Positions 26,405-35,300 of a DNA stretch of 64,000 nucleotides are shown piece by piece. Numbering within the stretch: the stretch's first letter is position 1; each line of letters opens with the position of its first letter. Source of the stretch: an uncultured Sandaracinus sp. (GTDB taxonomy: Bacteria > Myxococcota_A > Polyangia > Polyangiales > Houyiibacteriaceae); the NCBI GenBank assembly GCA_964462035.1, contig CAYXAP010000029.1, positions 14,472 through 78,471 of the forward strand, in the 5' to 3' direction. The notes beneath the pieces were generated by a model, which did not search any database, was not told the DNA's origin, and worked only from the letters and a program-made list of their open reading frames with translations. Position numbers and translations under genes: made by a program.

Positions 26405-27592
26405 TCAGTCCTTCACCAGCATCTTGCGGGGCACGTTCGCCAGGAGCTCCGGCCCGTCGTCGCCGATGGCGATGCTCTCGGTGATCTCGAAGCCCATGTC
26501 GTCCATCCACAGGCCGGTCATGAAATGGAAGGTCATGCCCCGCTGCAAGATGGTCCGGTCGCCGGGCCGGAGCGAGCACGTCCGCTCGCCCCAGTCGGGC
26601 GGGTAGGACAGGCCGATCGGGTAGCCGGTGCGGTTGTCCTTGATGATGTCGTACTTCCGCAGGACCTCGAAGAACGCGATGGCGATGTCCTCACAGACGT
26701 TGCCCACCTTGGCCGCCTCGAGGCCGGCCTCCATCCCTTCGAGCACGGCCTTCTCGGCATCCAGGAACTTCTGGGTCGGCTTGCCCAGGAACACCGTGCG
26801 CGAGAGCGGACAGTGGTAACGGCGGAAGCAACCGGAGATCTCGAAGAAGGTGCCCTCGCCGGTGACCATCTCATGGTCGTCCCAGGTCAGGTGCGGGGCC
26901 GCGGCGTCGGTGCCCGACGGCAGGAGTGGGACGATGGCCGGATAGTCACCACCGAAGCCCCACTGCTCGTCGTAGCGAAGGGCGGCGTCGTAGATCTCGG
27001 CCACGAGATCACACTTGCGCATCCCGGGCTCGACCTCGTCCGCGATGCGTTCGTGCATCCGCTCCACGATCTTGCCGGCCTTGCGCATGCGGTCGAGCTC
27101 GGCGTCGGACTTCGGACCGCGCAACCAGTTCACGAGGTTGGTGGCGTCGATCAGATCGTCGGGCAGCCCCTTGCTCAGCGCCTGGAACCCACGGGCAGAG
27201 AACCAGTAGTTGTCCATCTCCACACCGATGCGCCCGGTGTGCCAACCGCGGTCCGTGAGCTTCGCGGCCAGATAGTCCATCGGGTGGCGCCGGCTCGATT
27301 GAACGAAGAAGTCCGGGTACGCGATGATGTCCGGGTCTTCCATGTAGACCGTGCGGAGCGCGCCCTGCGCGTCCTGCTCGCGGCCGAACCAGACCGGCGC
27401 GCCGTGCGGACCGATGATCACCGCCTGGTGCACGTAGAAGGACCAGCCGTCGTAGCCCGTGAGCCACGCCATGTTGGACGGGTCCGACGTGATCAGCGTG
27501 TCGAGGCCGTGCTTCTCCATCGAATCGCGGACCTTGCGCAGGCGCGTCTCGTACTCGGCGTCGGAGAATCGGAAGGTGTCGATGATGGCCAT
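26405..27592 (-). CDS. M24-family metallopeptidase-fold protein (creatinase / ectoine-hydrolase / Xaa-Pro peptidase-like)
   Basis: Creatinase_N-like N-terminus (FSDAEYETRLRKVRDSMEKHGLDTLITSDPSNMAWLTGYDGWSFY) and a pita-bread C-terminal half (PGMRKCDL..., GCFRRYHCPLSRTVFLG, GMTFHFMTGLWMDD). Confidence 0.7.
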   Translation of the reverse strand: MAIIDTFRFSDAEYETRLRKVRDSMEKHGLDTLITSDPSNMAWLTGYDGWSFYVHQAVIIGPHGAPVWFGREQDAQGALRTVYMEDPDIIAYPDFFVQSSRRHPMDYLAAKLTDRGWHTGRIGVEMDNYWFSARGFQALSKGLPDDLIDATNLVNWLRGPKSDAELDRMRKAGKIVERMHERIADEVEPGMRKCDLVAEIYDAALRYDEQWGFGGDYPAIVPLLPSGTDAAAPHLTWDDHEMVTGEGTFFEISGCFRRYHCPLSRTVFLGKPTQKFLDAEKAVLEGMEAGLEAAKVGNVCEDIAIAFFEVLRKYDIIKDNRTGYPIGLSYPPDWGERTCSLRPGDRTILQRGMTFHFMTGLWMDDMGFEITESIAIGDDGPELLANVPRKMLVKD

Positions 27593-27770
27593 GGCTCATC
27601 GTTGTACCAGACGTCCTCGCCCTCGGACGGAACGTCCCGGCGACTCATGGAAGTGGAGCTCCGCAGAAACTGCCCGACGGAGGTCTACTGCCCAGTCCAT
27701 CCAGCTCACCTTCGCCGACGGCGGGCGACGGCCGGCGAGCCCGTGACCTCGGGCAACCGACCCGTGAGCC

Positions 27771-28919
27771 TCACTCCGTGAAGAGGATCCGCAGCGCGTC
27801 GTAGGCGGGCCGTGGGTTGCGGTCGATGTCGACCACGCCCCACCACTCTTCGTTGAAGGTCATGTCCGGGTGCGGTCCGCCGCCCGGCGCGACGCCCCCG
27901 ATGTCGTGGACGTTCGGGTCACCCTCGCCGTCCTTCCACCACTCGTCGGCCCACTCGAAGATCGTGCCGCCGAGAGCGACCCCGTCCGCGTGTCGGGCGG
28001 TGCTCTGGTTCAAGATCATCTCGGTCAGGGTGCCGGTCGCGTCCGCCTGCGCACCGACGTTCTCCATGTTGGTGCGGGCGTCCCAGGCATCGGCGCCGTA
28101 CTCGCCGATGAACATCGGACGGCCGCTCAGGGCGGCCCAGCGCTCGAAGAGGTCCCCGAAGGTGATCCCCCGGTAGACGTTGATGCCCCACACGTCGATG
28201 GAAGGCATCGCCGCGAGCGTCTCGGTGGAAGGGAGCTCGCCGTAGATCGTCGCCACCGGTCGGCTCGGGTCGATCGCCTTGATGTCCGCCGCGAGCGTCT
28301 CGAGGCGGGCGCGGACCTCGTCGTGCGGCACGCCGGTGTACAGGCCGTTGTAGTTCCACTCGTTGCCGAGGACCCACATGAAGATCGCCGGGTGGTCCAT
28401 CTCGGCGCGAACCACATCGAGCCCGACCTCGGGGTCGTTGCCGCCATAGGCGTAGACGGTCTCGAGCACGCGAATGCCTGCCGCGTGGAGCGCGTCGAGG
28501 GTGCCCCGATCGCGGATCGGACTGTAGGTGCGGATGGTGTCGATGCCCGCGGCGACCATCAGCGGGATGTCCTGCGCGGCGAAGCCAGCGTAGTCGGGGG
28601 GCTGGGTGGCGCCGCGAGCGACCGGGCTCCAGCAGACCCCTCGAAACTCGACCGGCTCGCCATCCTCGAGCACGCGCCGACCGTCGATGCGAATGCCGGT
28701 CTCGCCCACGAAGCCATCCGGCGACGGCTCGAAGCCATCGACGGCTGGAGTGAAACCGTCATCGGCGCGGCCAGCGTCGACGGGATCGGGAAGGTCACCG
28801 TCCGGCGAGTCCACGGACGAGTCCGGGCTCGGGATGGAGCCATCGGCGAGCGGCGAGTCGTCGTCGCCGCAAGCGAGACCGACCAGGCCGAGGAGGATCA
28901 CGACGAACGGCGCGCGCAT
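27771..28919 (-). CDS. Lipoprotein glycoside hydrolase, clan GH-A TIM-barrel type (family not assigned)
   Basis: MRAPFVVILLGLVGLACGDDD (lipobox). An acid/base-type NE motif (WVLGNEWNY) and a nucleophile-type motif (FIGEYGADAW) sit in a (beta/alpha)8-like context. Confidence 0.55.
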   Translation of the reverse strand: MRAPFVVILLGLVGLACGDDDSPLADGSIPSPDSSVDSPDGDLPDPVDAGRADDGFTPAVDGFEPSPDGFVGETGIRIDGRRVLEDGEPVEFRGVCWSPVARGATQPPDYAGFAAQDIPLMVAAGIDTIRTYSPIRDRGTLDALHAAGIRVLETVYAYGGNDPEVGLDVVRAEMDHPAIFMWVLGNEWNYNGLYTGVPHDEVRARLETLAADIKAIDPSRPVATIYGELPSTETLAAMPSIDVWGINVYRGITFGDLFERWAALSGRPMFIGEYGADAWDARTNMENVGAQADATGTLTEMILNQSTARHADGVALGGTIFEWADEWWKDGEGDPNVHDIGGVAPGGGPHPDMTFNEEWWGVVDIDRNPRPAYDALRILFTE

Positions 28920-28972
28920 CTTCCCATCATCGAGTCCACGGCCGATGGCGCAAGGCTCAATGCGCGCCAGCC

Positions 28973-29230
28973 TCAGGGCGCGGTGCTGACTCGGTCGGCT
29001 CGCTGCACGCGAGATGCGCCCCGCAGGAGTGCCCGAACCCGCAGCGATCGGCCCATCGCTTCGAGCAATCCCCCCGAATCGATGAGCGCGTCGGCGAAAC
29101 GCATCTCGTCGTCCGGGCTGCCCAGCTCGGTGAGTCCGGTCTGCTCGAGCGTCTCGCGATAGAGCGCTTCGCCCTTGGCCTCGCCATAGACGTGGACCAG
29201 CCGTTTCATGATGTCGCTCGGGCCACTCAT
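28973..29230 (-). CDS. Small hypothetical protein (85 aa), translationally coupled to the upstream diiron oxygenase gene
   Basis: There is an ATGA start/stop overlap at 29227-29230. The sequence is MSGPSDIMKRLVHVYGEAKGEALYRETLEQTGL.... I recognise no family. Confidence 0.45.
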   Translation of the reverse strand: MSGPSDIMKRLVHVYGEAKGEALYRETLEQTGLTELGSPDDEMRFADALIDSGGLLEAMGRSLRVRALLRGASRVQRADRVSTAP

Positions 29231-30180
29231 GCGTACGCGACCGCCTTCGCCGCCACCTTCGCCGCCCCGTCGGGGGAGAGCTTCTGGAGACTCGTGAGCA
29301 CGTTGCGGTTGGTCATGCCGTACCAGAGGAAGGTCCGTCGGTAGGCCTGGTGCATCGCTTCGCGAATGGCCGTCGAGAGCTCATCGGTCAGCGGCTCGCC
29401 TCGTACCGACTCCAGGCTCGCGAGGTCCATCGACACCTGCTCGGCCAGCAGGCCATCGAAGGCGGCGAGAATGTCGAGGTACTCGTCCACGGCGCGGTCG
29501 CGCATCGCTTGATCGGCGTAGCCGGCGAGCTTGTCGAGCTCGAGCATGTCGATGCGCGCGTGCTGGCTCTCCTCGAGCCAGTGGTGGTGCAGCAGGCTCT
29601 TGAAGAAGGGGTCGATGCCGACGTCGTCCTTCACGCTCTCCGTGTAGTGCTGCTGGGTCATCCACTCGATGTGGAGAGTGATGAGCATGACCCCCACGGG
29701 GCTGTGGCTCATGATCTCCTGCGCGACCGCAGCCGCGCTCTCGAGCACGCCGCACGAGTGGCCGAAGTCGCGGTCGAAGGACCGGCGGAAGCGCTTGAAG
29801 AGCGCCTGGTGCTTGAGCTCCTCGTCGACCATTCGGGTCAGCGCGCGCAGCGCCTCCGCGTCGCCGAAGACCTCCGCCTGCGCGTGCTCCATCATCGTGG
29901 CGAGGATGTACTCCTCGACGAACTGGAAGAGGTTCAGGTAGGCGTTGCCGGCGATCTGGTTCAGCTGCCGACGGGTCGTGTCGTCGAGCCCCGCGACACC
30001 GTCGAGGTGTCGGACCAGGTCCGCCGGCAGGAAGGGCTTGGTGAAGTCGAGCGGTTGCCCCTCGGTCATCACGTCATCGAGCGCCCAGGCCACCTTCTCG
30101 GAGTGCGCGACGCAATCGGCGTAATCGAACTTCAGTTCCAGCACGATGGCCATTGTGAACCACATGTCCCCAAATGGCAA
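29227..30180 (-). CDS. Ferritin-like diiron oxygenase (AurF / p-aminobenzoate N-oxygenase-like family)
   Basis: Two ExxH motifs on long helices (VDEELKHQALF and WLEESQHARID), plus further carboxylates and histidines (FVEEY, ITLHIEW). An alternative start is the ATG at 30153 (MAIVLELKF). Confidence 0.65.
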   Translation of the reverse strand: MPFGDMWFTMAIVLELKFDYADCVAHSEKVAWALDDVMTEGQPLDFTKPFLPADLVRHLDGVAGLDDTTRRQLNQIAGNAYLNLFQFVEEYILATMMEHAQAEVFGDAEALRALTRMVDEELKHQALFKRFRRSFDRDFGHSCGVLESAAAVAQEIMSHSPVGVMLITLHIEWMTQQHYTESVKDDVGIDPFFKSLLHHHWLEESQHARIDMLELDKLAGYADQAMRDRAVDEYLDILAAFDGLLAEQVSMDLASLESVRGEPLTDELSTAIREAMHQAYRRTFLWYGMTNRNVLTSLQKLSPDGAAKVAAKAVAYA

Positions 30181-30198
30181 CCCGCGGATGGGTACCGT

Positions 30199-31107
30199 TC
30201 AGAGTCGGTCGCGTTCGCGGCTGGCAGTGGCCTCGGGACCGGTCATCAGCACCGCCGAGAGCGCGGAGCACGAACCGCTGCCGTTCAGGTCCGCGCGGCT
30301 GCCGAAGAAGCGCTCTCCATTCGATCCGCCGACGTCCGTCCACCAGCTGGCGAGCTGACTCGCCTCGAGCCGGGCGGCGATCACGGCCCCTTCACCCATC
30401 ACCAGCCGAATGCGCGGTTGGCTACCGGTGAAGCCGCTCGCCCCCGACAGTTCCCGGTCGCTCAAGAGAACGTCCGATCGGAAGGTCTCGTCACCCGGGT
30501 ACACGTCGAGGACCCCATCACGGATGCGACCTCGGCCCCCTTCGTAGAGGTCGAACTGAACCCATTCCTGGCCGTCCGCGTAACCGTCCTCGCCCGCGAG
30601 CTCGGGGGACTCCCGGCTGAACATCCACTGCACGCCGACCGAGACACACTCGTCGTTCTCGAGCGAGTCCACTCCACCGAGGCGCAGTCCGATCGCGTAG
30701 TTCCCGTTCGTGTAGGACGCGGCGTACATCGCCTCGACGTCCCAGCCCGCTTCGGCGGAGAGCTCGTCCCAGAGGTCCGCCATCGCGTTGTCGATGCCCG
30801 GTTGCCCGTCGAACCCGGTCCCATCGAGCTGCCCACATCCGCTGCGACCGGCGCCCATGCTGTCGTCCCCGTCGAGATCGAAGCCGGGGACTCGCCCGCC
30901 GACCGCGCGACCGAAGCGCACTCGACCCAAGACGAGTTGAACGACCTCGCCCCCGTCGTCACAGACCGCGGGCGGCGGCGGATCGGCGTCGGGGGCCGGA
31001 TCCGTGGAACCGAGATCCCGGGACTCCGAGTCGCCCGCCGTGAACGACGAGGAGCCACACGGAGCGAGAAGCACCAAACCGAGCGAGACGAGAGCGGCGG
31101 AGGTCAT
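30199..31107 (-). CDS. Hypothetical lipoprotein
   Basis: ORF 30199..31152. The ATG at 31107 gives MTSAALVSLGLVLLAPCGSSS (lipobox). I recognise no family. Confidence 0.6.
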   Translation of the reverse strand: MTSAALVSLGLVLLAPCGSSSFTAGDSESRDLGSTDPAPDADPPPPAVCDDGGEVVQLVLGRVRFGRAVGGRVPGFDLDGDDSMGAGRSGCGQLDGTGFDGQPGIDNAMADLWDELSAEAGWDVEAMYAASYTNGNYAIGLRLGGVDSLENDECVSVGVQWMFSRESPELAGEDGYADGQEWVQFDLYEGGRGRIRDGVLDVYPGDETFRSDVLLSDRELSGASGFTGSQPRIRLVMGEGAVIAARLEASQLASWWTDVGGSNGERFFGSRADLNGSGSCSALSAVLMTGPEATASRERDRL

Positions 31108-31228
31108 CACGGCTGAGAGGGCAAGATGCGTTCCTCGAGGAAGCGGCGCCAACGCGTGCCACCACCGAGGCAGTTCGCCGGTTTGGGTGAGACCCGATGT
31201 CGCGAAGATTCGGGCGACCCGCGGGGAG

Positions 31229-31540
31229 TCAGCTGGCGGGCGCGGGCTCGTCGAAGGGCTGGCCGGTGAGCTTCGACCAAGTGCGCTTCACGTACCAAGT
31301 CGCGCCGACGAGCAGAAAGCTGGGGTCGCGGAAGAAGCTCGGCGGCTTCCCCTCGAAGGCGTGACCGACGAACTGCAGGATCCAGCCCAGCACGAAGAGG
31401 CCGATGCCCACCGGTGGCATGAAGAACATGAGCGGTAGCGACGCGATGATCATCGGGATGCCGACCATGTGCGTCGCCTTGTTCATCGGGTGCTGATGGT
31501 CCCGCTTGTAGTCTTCGATCATCTGCTCGAGCTTGGTCAT
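31229..31540 (-). CDS. DUF962 / Mpo1-like small membrane protein
   Basis: This is the last 103 codons of the 1,582-aa ORF 31229..35977. MTKLEQMIEDYKRDHQHPMNKATHMVGIPMIIASLP...LQFVGHAFEGKPPSFF matches the DUF962 pattern (H..N...H.GIP ... GH.FEG.KP). It has an ATGA overlap with the TetR stop at 31537-31540. Confidence 0.75.
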   Translation of the reverse strand: MTKLEQMIEDYKRDHQHPMNKATHMVGIPMIIASLPLMFFMPPVGIGLFVLGWILQFVGHAFEGKPPSFFRDPSFLLVGATWYVKRTWSKLTGQPFDEPAPAS

Positions 31541-32199
31541 GACGAGTCCTTTCCGCCGCCGGCGGTCCCCCGGGCGACGAGCATGAGTGACTGGACGAGC
31601 GCCTCGTAGAAGCGGTCGTCGGAGACGTGCGCGTGGCCGAGGCAGTGCGCGTGGACCGCGCCCTCGACCATGCTGAAGAGCACGAAGGCAGTGGCCTCCG
31701 CGTCGGCGGGCCGACCCCACTGCCGGAGCAGCGCGGCGATGCGTCCGATCAGCATCCCCTCGCCGGCGCTGATGCGCTCGTCGAGCTCGGGGTCGTGCGG
31801 TCGGCGTTCGGTGACCACGGCGTGGAAGCCGGGGTCCTCGCGGTGGTAGTCGGCGACGGCGATCACCGCCTGACGGAAGCGAGCGACCGCCTCGGCGTCG
31901 GCGTTCGCGGCGTCGCGCACGGCGGCAGGGCTGAGCGCGGTGATGGCCCGCGCGGCGATCGACTCGAAGCGCTCGATGGCGAGCTCCCGGAGGAGGGCGT
32001 CCTTGTCGGGGAAGTACTGGTAGAAGGTGCCGACGCTCACGCCCGCGGCGCTCGCGATCTTCTTCGCGGTCGCGCCGGCGTAGCCGAGCTCCGAGAGCTG
32101 CGCGCGGCCCGCTTCGAGCAGCGCCTGACGACTGCGAAGGGCTCGCTCTTGGCGCGGGACTCGGACTGCCTTGGCCATCGTGAGCACCGAATCTCCCAT
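31537..32199 (-). CDS. TetR/AcrR family transcriptional regulator
   Basis: RSRQALLEAGRAQLSELGYAGATAKKIASAAGVSVGTFYQYFPDKDALLRE is a TetR-type HTH. An alternative start is the ATG at 32178 (MAKAVRVPRQ), which would leave the palindrome 24 nt upstream. Confidence 0.9.
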   Translation of the reverse strand: MGDSVLTMAKAVRVPRQERALRSRQALLEAGRAQLSELGYAGATAKKIASAAGVSVGTFYQYFPDKDALLRELAIERFESIAARAITALSPAAVRDAANADAEAVARFRQAVIAVADYHREDPGFHAVVTERRPHDPELDERISAGEGMLIGRIAALLRQWGRPADAEATAFVLFSMVEGAVHAHCLGHAHVSDDRFYEALVQSLMLVARGTAGGGKDSS

Positions 32200-32201
32200 G
32201 A

Positions 32202-32225
32202 GTTGAACCTGACGTCAAGTTCAAC
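32202..32225. promoter_or_regulatory. Candidate TetR operator: 24-nt near-perfect palindrome GTTGAACcTGACGTCAaGTTCAAC
   Basis: I read it directly. 22 of 24 positions are self-complementary around a central GACGTC. It sits between the TetR-DUF962 unit (minus) and the A2M-like operon (plus, ATG 32333). Confidence 0.55.
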
Positions 32226-32332
32226 TTTGATCGGAGCGCCCCTTTGACCTGGAGTCTCGGTGCGATGGAACCTCCGGCCGGTCGGGGGTGTCGGGCTCCG
32301 GCGTGAGGGAAACACTGGAGGGTCGAGCCGGG

Positions 32333-35300
32333 ATGAGTCGAACCAGAGGGAGAGTCATCGCGGCGGTCGCGCTGTGGATGGTCGGCAGCGTGGCGGGAGC
32401 TCAACGGCCCGACTTCGGGGTGGAGCTCAGCGTGGACGGAAGCCGGCAGGCGCTCCGAGGCCAGAGCTGGATTGTCCGTGGACACGCGTTCGAGGTGCGT
32501 GGCCTGGCCACCCTCGACCCGGCCAGCGGCGCCACGCTCCGCGGGCGGCTCCACTACGACGACCGAGCGATCGGCGATGCGGTCGAGACCCGGAGCGACG
32601 CCGACGGCTCGTACGTGCTCTCCGTCCCCATCCCGCCGGATGCGCCCTCGAACGCGACCGTGCACCTGACGGTCGCCTCGGGTGGGGTGGAGCGCACGGT
32701 CGAGGAGGCGATCCAGATCACGCAGGCGGAGACCTTGGTCCTCCGCACGGATCGGCGCTTCTACCATCGCGGCGAGCGCGCCCATGCGTGGGCGCTCGTT
32801 CGAGACCTGCGGACCCTGGCGCCGCTCACGAACCGAGCCGTTCGCTTCGACTTCGCTGGCCCGGACGGACAGGTCGAGCAGGTGGTCCGGACCGACGATT
32901 CGGGGGTCGCGCACCACGTCTTCCAGCTGCCCGACGCGGCGGGCAACGGCTCGATCGGAGCCGTCGTGGTGGAGCCCGTGGAGGGTGCCCGCGGACGGAC
33001 CACCATCGAGATCGGTCGTCGGACGATGGAGCGGATGTTGCTCGAGCTCGACTGGCCCGAGTCGCACGTCGTGCCTTCGGGGACCTTCCACCCGCAGGTG
33101 CGCGTGGTCGCGCCGTCCGGAGAGCCCGCCCGCGGAGCCACGCTGACGCTCACGGTGGCGGGCATGGAGCCGATCACGGGCCGCACCGATGACGGCGGTC
33201 TGTGGACGGCAGCGGTCACGGCGCCGGCCTACCTGGCCAACGAGACCGGCGCGGTCTCGGTGAGTCTCGTCGTGAATCATCCCGCCATCGGCAGCGCGCG
33301 GACCTCGAAGCTGCTCCGGCTGCAGGGCTCCGGGGGCTATGCGATCCGCGCCTTCACCGAAGGTGCGCTCGCCTTCGATCTCGACACGACCGTCTACTTC
33401 GCGCTCGAGGACTCCGCCGGCGAGCGAGCACCGGCCGGGATCGAGTTCACGGTGCGGACTCCGATGGTCCGTGGCGGCCAGGTCCGCCTCACGACGGACG
33501 CCCACGGGCTCGCCTCGACCTCGTTTCGGGCGGTCGCGATGCGCGCGGTGCCGGGCCTCTGCGAGAACGTCGGGACGCTCTTCGAGGCAGAGGACGATCA
33601 GGGGAAGACACGTGAGCTCTGTCTGCCCGCGGCGCAGGCGGACCTCGCGCTGCGCGCCACGAGCCCGGTGCGCGAGCCCGGCGAGCCCCTGGTGATCGAG
33701 CTGGACCGACACCGGCGGGTCGCGCGTCGCCCGGTCGCGGTCTCGCTGATGTCTCACGCGACCGGCGAGCTCCTGGCTGCGGCCATCGCCGGCCCGAACG
33801 AGCGACGTGTGACCTTCGAGACCCCGGCCGTCCTCGGGACGCTCGTGGTGAGCGCGCGGCCGATCCGCGACGAGGACACGGGCCGCAGCGGCGAAGGCAT
33901 CGAGAGCCAGGTCGGCGTGCTCGTCCGGCCGCCGAGGCCGGCGTTCGTCGAAGCGGAGCCCACCCAACCCACCTACGAGGTGGGCGGCACCGCCGGCGTC
34001 CGGATCCGAACGGGCGCCGAACCCGGGTGGGTGGCGGTCGACGTCCGGGACCTGGCCCAGCACGGCGGCGAAGTGCCCTTCCAGCTCCAGATGCTCCGAG
34101 GCGCGTTCTCCCGGGCGATGTTCGACCCATCGACGGAGGATGCGGACCGACTGCTTCGGGCGGCGCTCGCCGCGCGCGTTCGAGCGCCCTCGCTTCCTCG
34201 GGAAGCGACGGAGCCGAGCTACGGCCCCGGTCCCGACCGCCCCGCGACCTCGGCGGGGGGCACCCTGCGTCGTGACCCCGTGCTCGAGGCGCGGCTCGTC
34301 ACTCGTCAGAAGGTCGCCGAGGCGATGCGGCGGGTGGAGCGAGTGTTCCGCGAGCGGGGCGCCGACGCTCTCGCCACCGGCGAAGGGGCTCGGCGCCGCT
34401 TCGACGCAGAGGTGGTCGACACCATCCTCGGGGATGCGAACCTGCGGACCCTCGGCGACCGCACGCTGACGCTCGCGCACCTGAAGGAGGCCGACGACGG
34501 CTTCGGTTTCCAGACCGCCGCTCGACGCGTGGCACGGGAGCAGCTGATCCGCGTGCTCCAGCAGCTCGTGCAGGGGATCGAATCGGACCAGATCGATGGC
34601 GAGCGGCCCGAGCGCTGGGTTTCCGAGATGGTGCGCCATCTCGGCTTGGACCCTGCCGCCGTCCGCGACCCGTGGGGTGGGCCCCTGGGGGCGCGCCGTC
34701 GACCGACCGAGGTGGTGGCTCCGTCTCCCGATGCGCCGGAGTGGACGCTCGCGTTCCCGGGGCCGGACGGAAGGCTCGGCACCGGGGACGATGTGGTCGA
34801 CCCCTTCGCGCGAGTCGTCGAGCGGGGCACGCTCTACGCGGACGCCTCCGGCGAGGAAGACCTGCTGGCGGCCCTGTCGATGATCGTCCCGGTGAGTCAG
34901 ACCCTGAACGGTTGGGTCGAGGCGCTGGCGCGGGTGACCGCCGCGATGGAAGCGACCCTTCGCGGAGACGCGGCGTCGGCGGAGGAGATCGGCGAGAACT
35001 TCGGTTTCGGAGGGCTCGGGCTGCGCGGCACCGGCCGCGGTGGCGGCGGATCGGGCTACGGGAGCGGGTTCGGGCGACGGGGCGCCCGAGCGCCTCGTAT
35101 CCGCAGTGGAAGTGCCTCGGTCATCGACAGCCTCGACCAGCTCGCCGGGCGCGTCCGGGTGGACTTCCCGGGCACGCTGCTCTTCGTCCCGAGCGAGCCC
35201 ACCAGCGACGATGGAGTGACCGAGATCGCCATCCCGCTGGCGGACGCCGCGACGACGTACCTGGTCGAGGTCATCCACTGGCGAGGCGACGGCTGGAGTC

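Noticed and set aside
32245-32262. Sigma-54-like TGGAGT...TGCG upstream of the A2M-like operon
   Set aside because: The spacing between the GG and GC elements is one nucleotide short of the required GG-N10-GC, and the flanking consensus bases are poor.
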